From Carcharhinus amblyrhynchos (lineage: Eukaryota): a stretch of 64,000 nucleotides of DNA. Each line of letters starts with the position of its first letter. Position 1 is the stretch's first letter. The stretch lies in contig OZ336890.1 of NCBI GenBank assembly GCA_965287045.1, positions 45,632,001 through 45,696,000 of the forward strand, read 5' to 3'. Below are positions 38,365-52,315 of this stretch, piece after piece. Under the pieces are notes generated by a model that worked only from the letters and a program-made list of their open reading frames with translations, had not been told where the DNA came from and did no database searches. Position numbers and translations under genes: made by a program.

Positions 38365-38995
38365 CTGAAGTTAAACCACAAAGGAGTTATCACAAGCAAC
38401 TTTCAAAACTTAGCAGCTGGGCCAAAACTAACATGTGTTTGAAACCTAGGGAGCTGCAGGTAAACCCGAGGGCCCATCAAAGTTCTGTTTCATTTTATTT
38501 TGGGAATTTAAATTAGATTAAAGCCTTGTGTTGTTTCTGATGCTGATAATGCATTATGGTACCGGGCACCTAGAGGCTTGACTTCCCTGGTGAATATAAT
38601 CTGTAATCAACAAAATATTAAAGAGAACATGAATTTCCTCAGCTGTTGTAGATTGCAGATCTCCCAGATAGCATACTGAGGGGAGAATTTTCCAATCTTA
38701 GCAACATTGCATTGAGAGATAACACAATTTTATTTCATCGATAGTAATTTCAAATGTTTTCTGATTTCCACATGCAAGATTAAATTGATCACTGTGTATA
38801 ATGCAGGGGATTTGACAAAAATAACATGACATTGATAGGTCTGATGTTTTAGACAGTCTGGTGTTATTGCATAGACAAAGGTTATACAGTGCCTTGCAAC
38901 TCACACAGTTAAATTCTCTTCTGGAAGATTTCAAGCAAGTATGGTATGAGGAAACTGAATTTCAATTTCCATTGAATGAATATACGTAAGATCAA

Positions 38996-39240
38996 TGTCC
39001 TGATACGGTAATTGTCCTTTTAAGGGTAACACAGCAGAAAAGAGGTCACCTAGTTTTGGTCCCAATGGGGACTCAAGTGTGGGTAATTATCCCAGGGGCG
39101 GAGTCCTCTTCAGCAAGAGACATGTAGAGACTGGCTGTGGTCATGTGGCTGCTAACTATTCTCATTAATAAACCTTTAACCTTTTGGGTTCATTAATTGA
39201 GTCTCCGAAAGTGCATCTTTACACAAGGTTTTTTTTGACA
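38996..39240 (+). mobile_element. Possible Gypsy solo LTR
   Basis: TGTC...GACA ends, AATAAA near the 3' end, ccttttaaggg / ggtcac motifs shared in inverse with 60211-60434; no clear TSD. Confidence 0.4.
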
Positions 39241-40337
39241 TTATGTGCCCTTTGATACTAGCAGAATTACACCAGAGTGAAGCTATAACATCAGCAATGC
39301 CAAACCTTTAAATGCAGCTTTGAAACTGGCAGGCTTGTGTCAGGTTGATCTTAACTTTTGGAGCAGTGGTGTGTACCAGCAAACCCACCCATTTCTGCAG
39401 CAAAGGGGCTGGAGGGATTCTGAGGTCCAATGAAACCTCTGTTGAGTAGAGCTGGCGGGTTGGCTCGCCCCTATCAGGCAGCTGTCTCTGGGTTCAGGCT
39501 TGGCATGGATATCATGTGGCTTCAGCTGCTAACAAGTTCAGGAACGGATGAGGACTGGGGCCATGATCATGGAGACAAATCTGTCTGTGTCTGGGGTGCT
39601 GGTGGAGCCTTGTCTTCCTTCTGACCCCACCAAATAATTGAAAGGATACCTTTTTTTAGCACCTCTTTCATTCTCTTGCCAGTTCTGGCCATAGGTCCCA
39701 AATTTGCTGATTAAAAGGGGACCCACTGAAACAGGTTGGTGTTTTTGGCCAACAGTCAGCCTTTGTAAGAGCTACAGAGAACAGAGTTTTGTGTTAACAA
39801 GTGCTCAGTCTGTCAGCCCCATTTTGAAGTCTTAGTCACCCCATTAACTCTTTGGGAAGTTAAACCGCTCCTTACTTGACCCCATGATGATGTGGAACCT
39901 GAATGGTAAATGACAAATACATGCAACTTGTTATTGTTCCATGCAACAGATTTTCTTGTAAGCCAATAGATAGAGTATCTGCTGCAAAGCATGCGTCTGC
40001 ACTGCTTCCACTCTGTGCCAGAGAATAGTTGGGACAATTATCGTAGAATCCCTACAGTGCAGAAAGAAGCTTTTCAGCCCTTCGAGTCTGCACCGACTCT
40101 CCGACAGACAGGGTGACATTAATGTTACAGCAGAAAAAATGCTGACTGTGAGATTATAGCATCTCTGGGCAATGAAAATACCTTTCTGCGACGGCTGCTC
40201 CAATTAAACAGAGTATAAAAGATAAAAAGGTTCAATCCACCTAACTCTCCTCTGTGCCAACAAAGCTAAATAAGTCATACAATAAAACGAGCAATGATCC
40301 AACACTTAACAGCTTAATTGTTGCTGCGGTATTTTAC

Positions 40338-40447
40338 CTATCCTTGAAGAATCGGCGAAAACCAAAGGCAATTAGTTTGAAAACAGACTCCAGGACAAAG
40401 ATAATCGTGAAGATGTAGTTACAGATCTTCAGGGCCTCATCGAGAAC
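40338..40447 (-). CDS. CACNA1G: Cav3.1 exon 28-equivalent (IVS2)
   Basis: ttctcag|GTTCTCGAT...AAGGATAG|gtaaaa; 110 nt; [36 protein letters not shown](R); missed by the ORF track. Confidence 0.97.
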
Positions 40448-40965
40448 CTGAGAACATTAGAGATTAAGATTGAAGGTAAAACATTAAATTAGAACAATTG
40501 CAAATTTGTCCTTTTGTGGGTACCAATTTATATTTGACATAGAATGAAATAGCACTGAGGGGAGGTCATTTGACTTCTTGAGTCTGTCCGGGCTCTTTGG
40601 CAGAACTGTCCAGTGAATCCTACTCTCTTGCTTGTCCCCATAGCCTTGTAATATTTTCTATTTCTGGTTACTGTTTGGAAAATTACTACTGAATCTGCTT
40701 GGTATTATGACATGTTGATTTATTTTGTTCCGGAATTCTATGACTTCTTAACCTTTACTACTGTTCCCTTGAATTTACAGTTGGGAGTATTCACATTTTA
40801 ATCTAATAATTAAACAACATATCATGTTATTTACCAAGATATATTCATTAGCATTAGCCTCACACCCTTCGGTCAGCTGTGGTTCACTGCAAGCACTCTT
40901 GCCTCCAAGTTAGAAAGGGGAATTCCTAATGTGTGGAGGGGCGAGAGGGTGGCAAAGCCCATTAA

Positions 40966-41278
40966 GCGGCAGCACAGTGGTTAGCACTGCTGCCTCACAG
41001 CGTCAGGGACCCGGATTCGATTCCCGGTTTGGGTCATTGTCTGTGGAGTTTGTACATTCTCCCTGTGTCTGCGTGGGTTTCCTCTGGGTGCTCTGGTTTC
41101 CTTCCACAGTCCAAAGATGTGCGAGTTAGGTGGATTGGCCATGCTAAATTTCCCCTTAATGTCAGGGTGACTAGTTAGGGTGATTGCATGGGGTTATAGG
41201 GATAGGGCCTGGATGGGATTGTGGTTGGTGCAGACTTGATGAGCTGAATGGCTTCCTTCTGCACTGAAGGATTCTATG
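40966..41278 (+). mobile_element. HE1 SINE (V-SINE), full length
   Basis: tRNA head with A box (gtggttag) and B box (ggattcgattcc), V domain, CR1/HER1-type tail. Confidence 0.93.
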
Positions 41279-42306
41279 TCTAAGTGTAATGAAATTAGGT
41301 TCTTAACCTTCCTGGGAGAGATTCTCATTTTCTGAGTCTCTCAATATTTTGTGCTCACATTGCCATTTACACTCGCAGTGAACACGGGCTCAAAATCCTG
41401 GCAAATCTTTTTTTATATATGAATGGAGGTTTGGGACTTTAAAAGTTAATTCACAGAAATCCTGTCTTTTCCTGATTATTTCTAATATAGGGAAATGGAG
41501 GAGCTACTGTGATACCAAGGAGATTATGAAACTTTTGAAAGTGCAACTTGGACGAGTGGGAAGCTGGAGTTGTTAAAATATCTCTTGATTACTGCAAGAA
41601 TATTAATTCAGATGAGAGCTGGTGTTGGGTGTCAAGAAGTGTGCTTCAGGGTGAGCGTGGGTGGAGGGGGTGCTTGACAAAGATGCCAAAAATGGTGTTT
41701 ACAAAAGTTGCCAATTTCATATGAAACAGGTGTCAGTTTAGAGTCTTACCGCTTCAATAGCTTCCTCCAGAATAATTTCTACTATTTACATAGGAATCCT
41801 GTTAGTTTACTCTGACAGTGGCCAAGAGTTGAAATTGTGTTGCTTGCTGACAAGAGAGATGTCACTGTAGTTGTTCAATAAATGTAGTATACTATTTTCT
41901 TCAGTTTTCCAATCAGCCAAATCTTATATGCTCAGCACTGTGCTGTGAATGCGAGTGTCCAGCACTGAGCAACAAACTTTAACACACATATTATTGGTTA
42001 CCCTGCCAAAGGTATACAGCAGCAATGCTGTATACCAATATTTTGTTCCACAAATGCATCCAGCAGGCTTGAAAGCATTTACCAATAGACATCATTAAGC
42101 AAGCAACAACATCAGCAGGACTTCTCATGCCCTTCAATCCTGAACATGTTCTGACGTACGAGATGAGTTGTTGGCTCTTAGTCACATCGCCTGCCAACTC
42201 TTACTCAAATGCAGTTAGCGTTAGGAAACTGGAGGTGGTCAGCTTTAGAACTGTGACCAATGCCATTTTCCTGTTTCTAGTTTGATTACAAAATAACCAT
42301 CCTTAC

Positions 42307-42458
42307 CTTTGGCTGCTGATAATGTTCCATTGCCATGGTGATTACATTCAGCCCAATCACTACAGTGATGAACAAATCCAAGTAATGGCTCGTGCACATT
42401 TTGTGGATGAAAAGCCGAGCAGGAGAATAGTCAGAGTAATAAGGTTTACACTGTGCTT
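42307..42458 (-). CDS. CACNA1G: Cav3.1 T-type calcium channel alpha-1G, exon equivalent to human exon 27 (end of III-IV linker, IVS1)
   Basis: catttag|AAGCACAGTGT...CAGCCAAAG|gtaagg; 152 nt, phase 1 to 0; encodes [60 protein letters not shown] is typical of Cav3.1. Confidence 0.97.
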
Positions 42459-43769
42459 CTAAATGGGGGCAAGACATTAAACAAAAATCATTTAGATTTC
42501 AAAACCATGACGTATTCTTCTAGTTGTTACTTAGCCATGCATAATTGAGCAAATCTCCTGCCAGAGTAACTCCAGTGTTTATTCAGTGTCAAAAGCAGTC
42601 TACAAGAAAAACAGAAGGGCATCCACTTCTAGTGGCTCAGATCTACAAAGCACATCACAGGAATCCAATAAGGTCTGTTGGTGATCAGTGGTGATGAGCT
42701 CTGGGAGGATTAGCTTCTTTGCATACGTGACCATGAGTCAGTGACACAAAATGCCCTGAATTAGTCTCCCTCCCTCAGCTTTCAAAAACTTTGGATCTAA
42801 TATCTTAAGGGGCTGATAACTTGAAGAAGGTGCCTAGCTCCATCCACGAATCATGACTTGAAGTCACAAGAAAAACCAATGTCTTACATTTCCTTGAACT
42901 CAGTTGATTAAGATTAAGGGCTTATAACTCAGATTCTCAGAAGTTATGTCACTTGAGCATTCTGTGCACCTTCTTTTAATCACAGTCATCAGAAAATGAT
43001 GCAGTCATAGACTGTAGTGTAATCGACCAAATTTAAAACAGGACACAAATGTATGAGTCTAAAACCGTTAATTTTGGATTGGGCACCTTGCTTCTGTGAT
43101 GTGCTTGGTGGAAATAAAACCTTTTCTCACTGGTACAGATCACAAGACTTAAATCAATGGCAGTTTTCTTCTATTTGTGTATACTCTTTAATTGATTAGC
43201 TCAATATTTAAAAAAGAAATTGCTCTTCTGCAAAATTCTTGCAAGTTCCACACTGGGTAATGTTGACAGGGTTGTTCTTTTGACACTGAATGCCTGAAGT
43301 GATAATCATGAGTAATGTGCAGGTATAATTAGTCTCCAAAGAGACTTGACTACATACAGCCTGTTGCTTTGTGAAACTCTTAACACTTTAGCAGCAGCAC
43401 TGTAATTCAGTTAGTTGTGTTTTACAAGGACTGCTCAATACAATCATGGGCAAGTGTACAGAAAGAGTAACTTGGAAAGATGAATTGTCACCAAATGTCC
43501 CTCTGAAGTTATAGTGAATGTATCTTGATATACTATCTTATTACCATTTTGTTTCCTTCTTTTCCCCCATAAACATAAATTGTTTGAATTCACCTCCCAT
43601 TTAATCTTCCTTTCCAGTTTAAGAGCTACCCCTCGAGAAAAGATGGATGTAACTTAAAGTTCACTCATGACCTAGTGTGATGGCACAGGCTCAAGGGGCT
43701 GAATGGCCTACTCCAATTCCTATATTCTTAGCACTTTTAACATTTTTCTTAGTCAGCAGAATGGGGATG

Positions 43770-45545
43770 ACACAGCCTGATTTATCCCTCGATACCACTA
43801 ATGCTGCCAGATCTGGTTGGACCACTATTGGGTCCTGCTATCCTCTGCTAAAACTGCTTCAATATTCAAGGCTCATCCTGAAATGTAAAGATAACCCTCG
43901 GGTTCTCTTCTACACCATAAACCATCTTCATAAACCCCTCTTCCCCGGGGTCTTCCATTCCCACCTCCAACAACAACTGTGAGGAGCTCATATACTTCTT
44001 TGTGAGCTGCCTTTACCCCTTCCCTTAGTTCACCTGCTTTGGCATTGAACTCAGTTTTCTCTAGGATCTTTCCTTTGTCCCCTCTCTGGGCTGAGCTTGT
44101 CCATGATACCATCAATCCTCCTCCCACTGCTGACCACCCAACTTTCCTTCCTGGTTCCTATGTCAGCTGGTATTGTTAATGGCTTCCTCTCTTTGGGTTT
44201 CAACCACACCTCCTCAAAAGAAACACGCTTGGCCCCTGTGTCCTGCCTCACATCCAACCACCTTTTCCTCTCCATAGTCCCTCAATTTGTTGACTCCTCC
44301 CATACTTATCTTCCACACAACTCCATTGCTTGAATTTCTCTGATGAGATTTCCAATCCTGCCATGGTATTGAAACAGTTTATATGATGGTAGTAAATTAT
44401 TCCTTCTTAACCTTCCAGACCTATCTGTGGCCTTTGACATTGTTCACCTCAATATCCTCCGCCAACACCTCGCCACTGTTGTCTGGCTGGGTGGAGCTGC
44501 TCTACCTGGTTCCATTCTTATCTATCTAATCACAACCAGAGCATCACTTGCAATGGCTTCTCTTCCCGCTCCTGCACAATTACATCGGGATCAGTCCTCG
44601 GACCCTGATATCATTTGAATGTCAATTTCCATTGGTCTGCTGATGCCATGTAGCTCTACCTCACCATCTAGTCTCTCGACTCTTCCATCAATTCTACATT
44701 ATCAGGCTGCTTCTCTGACACCAAGAAGTGGATGAGCAGAAATTTCCTCTGACTAAATATTAGCAAGACAAAAGCCATTCTTTGATCACCTAAGCCATTG
44801 ATTCTATCCTTATATGAGGTTGAATCAGATTGATCACAATCTTGGTGTCATGTCCAGCACAGAGGCGAGCTTCCAACAACATACCTCCTCCATTGCTAAA
44901 ACCTCTTATTTCCACTTCTACAACATCACCTGATTATAGCCCCTCTCTCAGCCTATCAGTTGCTGAAAGCTCCCATTCATGCCACTGTTAAGTCTACGAA
45001 CCGTTAACTATTTTCTTGATCTCCTGGCTGAGCTCCCATCTTTCACCCTACATAAACATGAGTTCCTTAAAATCTCTACTGCCTGCATCAAGTACTGACT
45101 GCCCTGAGTGATGAGTTCCTTCATTACTGAGTACTGCTAGCAACAAGTACTGATTGCCCTTACCCCAATGTGCGCTGCAATTGCTAAAATTCTCATCATT
45201 GTATTCAAGGACTTCACAAGCGCCCCCCACACCACCTCGATTTCTTCAACCTCTCCAGCCTTACAGCTCTTCTTGTTCTCGTGTTTGTCTAATTCTGACC
45301 CCTTCCACATCCCTGATTTTAATCACACCACATTTGGAGGCCACGCCTTCAGTTGCCTAGGTCTTAAACTTTGGGAACCCTTCCATCTCTCTTTGGCCCT
45401 TTATGGAACTCCATGAAACCAAACTGCTGGCCATCTGGTATCTCATCTCCTTATGTGGTTCAACATTAAATTTCACTTGACAACATTCTGATGAAGTGCT
45501 TAGGGATGTTTTGTACATGAAGGACGTTATACAAATGGAAGTTGT
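43770..45545 (+). mobile_element. L2 LINE ORF2 remnant with 3' end
   Basis: DLSVAFDIVHLNILRQHL, SADA..LYLT, WMSRNFL.LNISKTKAI motifs with many stops. Confidence 0.8.
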
Positions 45546-46145
45546 TTTTTTTAAACTACTTGCAGATTTGGGCATTTCTTAAGACAAGAAATTTCTTAAA
45601 TATTTAAAAAACAACATTTTGATCTTAAATTCTAATACTTCCAAATGTAGGACCTTGGGGAGCTAGAGTGACAATGCTTCAGCATGTCCAATCAGCTAAG
45701 CCAAAATTTAATTATTTTGTAATGTTATTCCCAGAGGAAAAATGATATTAAAAGATGTTTTTGTAGATTTAAAACTATGACAAAGATTTCCTTTGGACCA
45801 AACATCAAGTTGATGCATGGAGATGTTGCTGGGACTGGAGAATTTTAGTTCTTTAGTCATTTTGAATTTGAAATGTTAATTTGGTTTGTCTCTCCACAGA
45901 TGTCCCACCCCTGCTGAGATTTTCTGGCATTTTCTATTTTTATTTCAGATTTTCAGCACAGTATTTTGCTTTTATAATATTTTCTATCCTGAATGAATAA
46001 GAACCAATAATAACATACTTGTGTTGGACATTCATTGCTTGGCAATGGCAGTATATTTTGCTCACCAATGGGATGGCTCCTTGTTACCACCCTTTCAATT
46101 CTATGGGAATAGAAATCCAACATTTTAATGTAGATTGTGGGACTT

Positions 46146-46495
46146 CTCTTTATTCATTCATAGGACATGGGTATTGGTGATGGGCAATAAATACTGGCCC
46201 ATCTGTAGTTGCCCATCTGCAGTTAAGAGTCAACTACATTGCTATGGCTCTGAAATCATATGTAGGCCAGATCAGGTAAGGATGGCAGATTTCCTTCCCT
46301 AAAGGACATTAATGAATCAGATGGGGTTTTCCAACAATCAACAATGGTTTCATGGTCATCAGTGGATTCTTAATTCCAATTTTTTTTATTGAATTAAAAT
46401 TCATCTGCCATGGCGAGATTCAAACCCGGATCCCCAGAACATTAGTTGAGTTTCTGGATTAACAATCTAGTTTACTAGCCCATTGCCTCCCAACA
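46146..46495 (-). mobile_element. tRNA-type shark SINE (same family as 19082)
   Basis: Reverse complement matches 19082-19700 without the CR1 insert; B-box-like gggtttgaatc. Confidence 0.8.
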
Positions 46496-47857
46496 CTGTG
46501 CTAATCCCCACCTTTTTGTGTCCCTCTTTGATCACCTCCTTCCAACTTGAAGGAGAACAGGAATGAAAGGGAACAAATTCAGTAAAATTTCCACCAAAAT
46601 AATAGCTATACCAATGAGTTCCATTATATCATATCCTTAAAGCTTGCTTACACTTTAAACCTTTCTGCACAATGTGTGTTGATCGACTGAGCAGTCCCTT
46701 CAATCACACCCAGAATTGTAATTAGTGCTTTCACTGTGCAGACTCTCTTTGCAATCCAAACAAAGTGGTTGGCTAACCAGAAATAACTTGTAAACTTAAG
46801 CAATCCAATTTAGCATTTTGAAAATCCATCATGCTGATCATGCAGCTGAATACCGTTAATAGCAACTTTTCTTTTGGTCCTTAACAGCAGAATGTATCTT
46901 CATGCAGTTGGTAAAGCTTCGATTATTATAAGACAAATCTTCATGGACAGTCTTTAGTAAGGAGGCATGGACTATTATCCATTTTAGACCATTGATTTGA
47001 CCCCCATTTATACACTGAGTCAAAGGAAAAGCAGTAACTTTGAAACCTGGATGTACTAAGTTCAGAATTGCAATGGTCTCTTTAAACATTATCTGCATTG
47101 TTTTTTCTTCTGGTAATTTAGAGAACAAAAGAAAAAAAAAAAGTAGAATTTAAAAATCACCTCAAAGAGAGTATTTTGGGCACTATACTTCAGAAAAGGC
47201 TGTAGGAAGGGTCTACTGGCATATTATCAGGGACGACAGCCATCAGATAGGAGGAGCGATTTGAAAAGTTAGCACTAGTTGTCTTTGAACTTCTAAGTGT
47301 TAGAAGTTGAGGGTTTGGAAACTGCTGTTGGAGGAGCCTTGGTGAGTTGCTGCAGTTCATCCTGTAGATGATTTACACGCCTAAAAATGTCTTGAGCTGA
47401 TTGCTTTGCTTGTATTATGTCATTAACCAATCCACATTCGCGAAATATTACTGAGATTGCAAGCCCAGATGATGCTATTTTCCAGAAGGGATGGGTCAAA
47501 AAAAGAAATACAAAGCAACAGTCATTTCTACTTCTATGAATTTACTTATTTAATAGAAATACTTTTAATGCTTTTGGGATGGGTTCCTCAGGACTACTAG
47601 TTTCAGTCTGACTTGGTGACCCATCTTCAATTGTATTTATCGTACAGCCCAGCCCTGTGAGCCTAATTAAGTTACACTGTCTGTCAGCGTCAAATTGTGG
47701 ACAGTTTCGTACCATGCTCCTGCAATTAAGAGGAAGACTGGGTAAAGATGACCCAAATAATGTATAATTGTTATGGCCTGATAAAGGAGGCGACTCACTG
47801 TTCCACGATGGTTCCAACTGCAGGGGTTTCAGAGGTGAAAGGACAGCCTGCTCAATT

Positions 47858-48020
47858 ATAGACTCCCTACAGCATAGAAGGAGGTCATTTGGCCCATCGA
47901 GTCTGCATCGACTCTTTGAGAGAGCATCGCACACATATTCACCTCAACAATCTCCCTAATTTACACATGTTGGGACACTAAAGGGGGCAATTCAGCATGG
48001 CCAATCAACCTATCCTGCAT
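47858..48020 (-). mobile_element. HE1 SINE 3' half
   Basis: ccctacagcatagaaggagg tail and gggcaattcagcatggccaatc. Confidence 0.8.
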
Positions 48021-49429
48021 TTCTGCCACTGTCCCCTAGACTGGGTGTTGTTTCCACATTGATTAAGAGTTCAGTTGCTGCTCAATGTAATAAAGCAAAC
48101 GCATTCAATGAGATTTCTATCATGTTTAATGAGACCATCCTCTGTTTGCAGTTCCCCAGTAGCTTTCATCAGTGGTCCATGACTCCTTACGATCTGTTCA
48201 GTAGTTCAAATAGCAAACAGTTTAGTCTTGGGAAATACAGACAATTTCTGTGCCCTTAGTCACACATCAGAATACACATGCTGGCACAGCTAACGAAAGA
48301 TATTACAGAAAACAATGAGTGGAGATCAGAATCTGAGACCACATCCATGTCCTCAAAGCTTGATTGGACTGGATTAGACTGACTGACACCAAACCTAACA
48401 GGTATCAAACACTACAGCATGTGGCCTGGAACATGTGGGGAACAGGAAACAAATCAGCAAATAAAAGTCGCACAGGTCATCAGAACATAACACGTTGGAC
48501 ATACTAAAAGCTGTAAACTCAGCCACTGGACAACAAATATATGAATTTGACATTTTGACGTGATATTCTGAACACAGTTATATGAAATTTGGTTCTGGAA
48601 AAGGGGTAAGCGTGTTCTTCTGAGCTCGCCCTCTCATCATCAGCAAGAACTGTTGAATTCTCAATCTGAACTGAAGCAGGCTAACACAACGATAGGAGTT
48701 TCATTCACTGCTTCTTACGCTGCGAGACAGGACAGTTCCATTTGCTTGGTGAATCATTTTCATCTGTTGACACATTGAGAATTCAAAGGATCTTGTGGAG
48801 ATGGTGAGGGCAGGGTGATAAGGGGGTGCTGGTGAATATGACTGCAGCTTTCTCAGGCTCAATTAAAAAAATTAACAAATTCAGATTTTAATTGTTTTAT
48901 CTCAAGCACTGTGCTCAGGGTATATCACTTGAATAGGGGCAGCTTGTTTGAGTCTGCGTGTTGTGTGCATCAGCAGCCAAGTAGGTTGCAAGTAAGAATG
49001 TGGTTTTAAGATAAGGACTAATTTTACAGCTTTTTTGCAGTGGTACATGAGCAAAATATCTTTATCACCCCATGAAACCCTTCAGTAACATTACACCCTG
49101 TAACAAGCCATTACTGTGACTCTAATTGAGTAAGTAATTCTTAGAGCCAGGAACATTCAACTCTTGTTAACTTGAGATACTGTGACAGTGTGCAAGCAAG
49201 TACATGCCTTGGGACATTTTTCTATGTTCAAGGCGCTATATAAAGGCAATTTGTTGTGTAGGTGTGGGAGTCCTTTGCTACATCTTTCGAGCGTTGCTGT
49301 TTGTAGATCCTGGGTCTGAGAATGATGAGACCTGGACTCCAGAATGCTTCAGAATATGATTTAGAACACACTTCAGTCACAGCCAATTATCATTCTGCCA
49401 GACAGTAAGAGTGCTGAATCTAAGCTATC

Positions 49430-49625
49430 ACTCCATTCACCCCCTCCCCTAAAACAGTACAAATTTCACCCCATTTCCAGTTTTCTTTAGCTCTGACAAA
49501 GATTCATCCAGCCTCAAAACATTCGCTGTTTTCTCTGCACAGCTGCTGTCAGACCTGCTGAGATTTTCCAGCATTTTCTGTTTTTGTTTCAGACTCCAGC
49601 ATCCACAGTAATTTGCTTTCATCTT
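49430..49625 (+). mobile_element. Penelope-like terminal repeat with a decayed hammerhead motif
   Basis: agctctgacaaagattcatccagcctcaaaacattcgct..gctgtcagacctgctgagattttccagc. Confidence 0.7.
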
Positions 49626-51510
49626 AGTTGTTTAATTCACTACCCTGAAGAAGTACTGTTCTTCTCTCTGACAGGATTTCCATTTCTCTTTCACCCTGTC
49701 CACCTTCCATTCCCCTCCTAGTGTTAGCCAAGTCTTGATTGTTGATGATGTCCAGATCTGTGTCTTTCCCAGTTTGTTAGCTTACAGATCTGTGGATGCT
49801 AGGTGCTTACATTTTTGCTGCCTTTTCTTAAATAATTTTTTGCCAAAAGAAAACAGATTTTCTTATATCACCTGAACATAGCATGTGTGCATCACCTGAA
49901 CCAATGCATATTAAATACTGTACTGTAAAAGCTTGCCTAAAAGGAAGTAAAGTACGTTTTAGAATATGTAAAATAAATGTTTGATAGATTTGGGAATTTA
50001 TAATATAAATGTAATTTTTTCAGTTATGCACCAAGCTTTGACTTGTTCAACATGTAATGCTCTGAAGGCTTTGAAGAAAAAGACATGTGCATTGCTAATG
50101 GCAGGATGTGTTAGTGTCCTTACTGATATTCCCTAATTTCAAAAATCATTAGTATACATTTGCAAGGGGATACTGAAACATTGCGACACAACAGACAGTT
50201 GAACGAACTATGAAGAATCGGTACAAATACATATTTCACACAGACAGTACTAAATCATTAAAAAGAACATGACAAACACACACATGGAGACAAACCACAG
50301 TGGTCTTTCTGAGTCTGCCTTTGAAGGGTGGGAATTTTTGGAATGAAAAAAATGGACATAAAATTATGAGAGCCTTATACTTTACACTGTTCAGGATACT
50401 ATTCAATAGTGTAATCAGCAGGCTGGGGGATTGTGTCCTTACAGAATTTGCCTTCCAATGAGAGACTTCCTAGCCCAGCATGCTCAGGTTTAACAAATGC
50501 AAATCTGATTTAAGTTGACTGCAAACTCTGCTTGATATTTATCTCAAAGAGCAGCATTTGACTTAGACTGCAGAATCTTTGAGCTATTAGTTTGGACATT
50601 ATTGAATAAAGAATTTGAATGTCTGTTTTTGAATTACAAATTGTGATGTAAAATTCAGCAACAACAACAGTACTGTCAATAAGACTATCAAGAGCAACTG
50701 GAGCCAAAAGAAATAGATTCCTACAAATGTTCTCCAAGCACGACCCTACATGCATCCATGTCAACATTGACAAACCTTTTCTTTGTACTGAGTTTTATTT
50801 ATCTGTGCTGATTTTAATGAAGTTTTTTAAGGTGCATCATTGGATTAACCCTGGGTGGGGAGTTAGACCATAACAACAATTTTAGTAAATTCAACAGTTC
50901 CACGTTAACTAAATCTTATCCTGCCAACTAAAATCAAATTCTGTGCGGCTGCAGCAATGTGCACTGTGACTAGTAGCGTATATGTTTATTTGTGTTTACT
51001 CCAATACTGAAGATTTGCCATTTGTTAGTGGCAATGCAATGTCACCTGTGTGCTCGACAGCACATTGCTCGACTCAATATCGCGTCAGCCTGGTTAACCT
51101 GACAATTAGTGAAGCAGATTTACCAGTGAGTTAGCACATTCTTCTGTGCTAACTCACAGGAGAGTTAGCACAACCATCAGAGCCTTCAATCATGAGAAAC
51201 AACAGTCTGGAATTTCCCAGGGATTGGGTGGGTGGTTTGGAGGGTCCCAATCCTGCTGGAGGAATGGCATAAATGGTTATGGGGCGGGGGGAGGGGGGAG
51301 AGTATCCACTGGGGCAAATTCTACCCTTACTTCGTCTCAGGGAAGATGTAATCTGGCAAAAAAATCTATTCTGTGGGCCAAAGCTGGTAAGATCTGCGTG
51401 TCACATGAACATTGCACAAAGGTGAACAATTGAGATTTGAGGCATTTGTTTATCAATGAGAAAAGATTGGCCAAGAGATTTCCTTAAACACCTAAAAAGG
51501 TGACATTTTT

Positions 51511-51838
51511 CATAGAAACTCTACAGTGCAGAAGGAGGCCATTCAGCTCATCAAATCTACAAACACAACAATCCCACCCAGGGCCCATCCCTGCAACTCC
51601 ACATATTTACCCCACCAATCTCACTAATTTACGCAACCTGGGACACTAAGGGGCAATTTAGCATGGCCAATCAACCTAATCCGCGCATCTTTGGACTGTG
51701 GGAGGAAACTGGAGCACCCGAAGGAAACCCACAGACACAGGGAGAACGTGTGCAAAACTCCATGCAGACAGTGACCCAAGGCCGGGAATCGAACCTGGGT
51801 CCTAGCTCTGCGAGACAGCAGTGCTAACCACTGTGCCG
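51511..51838 (-). mobile_element. HE1 SINE, full length
   Basis: Reverse complement: ggcacagtggttagcactgctg..ggttcgattcccggcc..V domain..ctgcactgtag. Confidence 0.93.
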
Positions 51839-52104
51839 CTTGAAAGTTCCAAACTGGACTGTAGGAGGGTCATATTGTGGTGCCTTAAGAGGTGACTTCA
51901 CAGAGATGCAATATCACCTTGCTAAGGAGTACCAACTCTGGCACAGCCTTTGACACCGAGAATCTGGCTGGTTTGCCTCTCAATTATGTTTTATTTGCTT
52001 GGGGAGCTGTTGGCAGAAATACGCAATGCCTTCATACACTGAAAAAAACTCCCTGAGAATGACATTTAAAAGAAAACTTTTGGACTTGATTCCACAACTG
52101 AAAT

Positions 52105-52315
52105 GAGAATCAAAAACAGAAAATGCTGGAAAATCTCAGTGGGTCTGACGTCGTCTGTAGAAGGAAATAAAGCCAATGTTTCAAGTAAAGGGTCACCCAG
52201 ACTTGAAATATTGGGTCTATTCTCTCTCCACAGATACTGTCAGACCTGTGCAGATTTTTCAGCATTTTGCTTCTGTTTTTGTTTCAGATTCCAGCATCCA
52301 CAGTATTTTGCTTTG
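52105..52315. mobile_element. Penelope-like terminal repeat, inverted pair
   Basis: aaaaacagaaaatgctggaaaatct..tctgac..atgtttcaagt | acttgaaatat..gtcaga..agatttttcagcatttt. Confidence 0.75.

Noticed and set aside
40966-41030. tRNA-like A and B boxes
   Set aside because: Head of an HE1 SINE, not a tRNA gene; the same applies at 51780-51838 and 63570-63635
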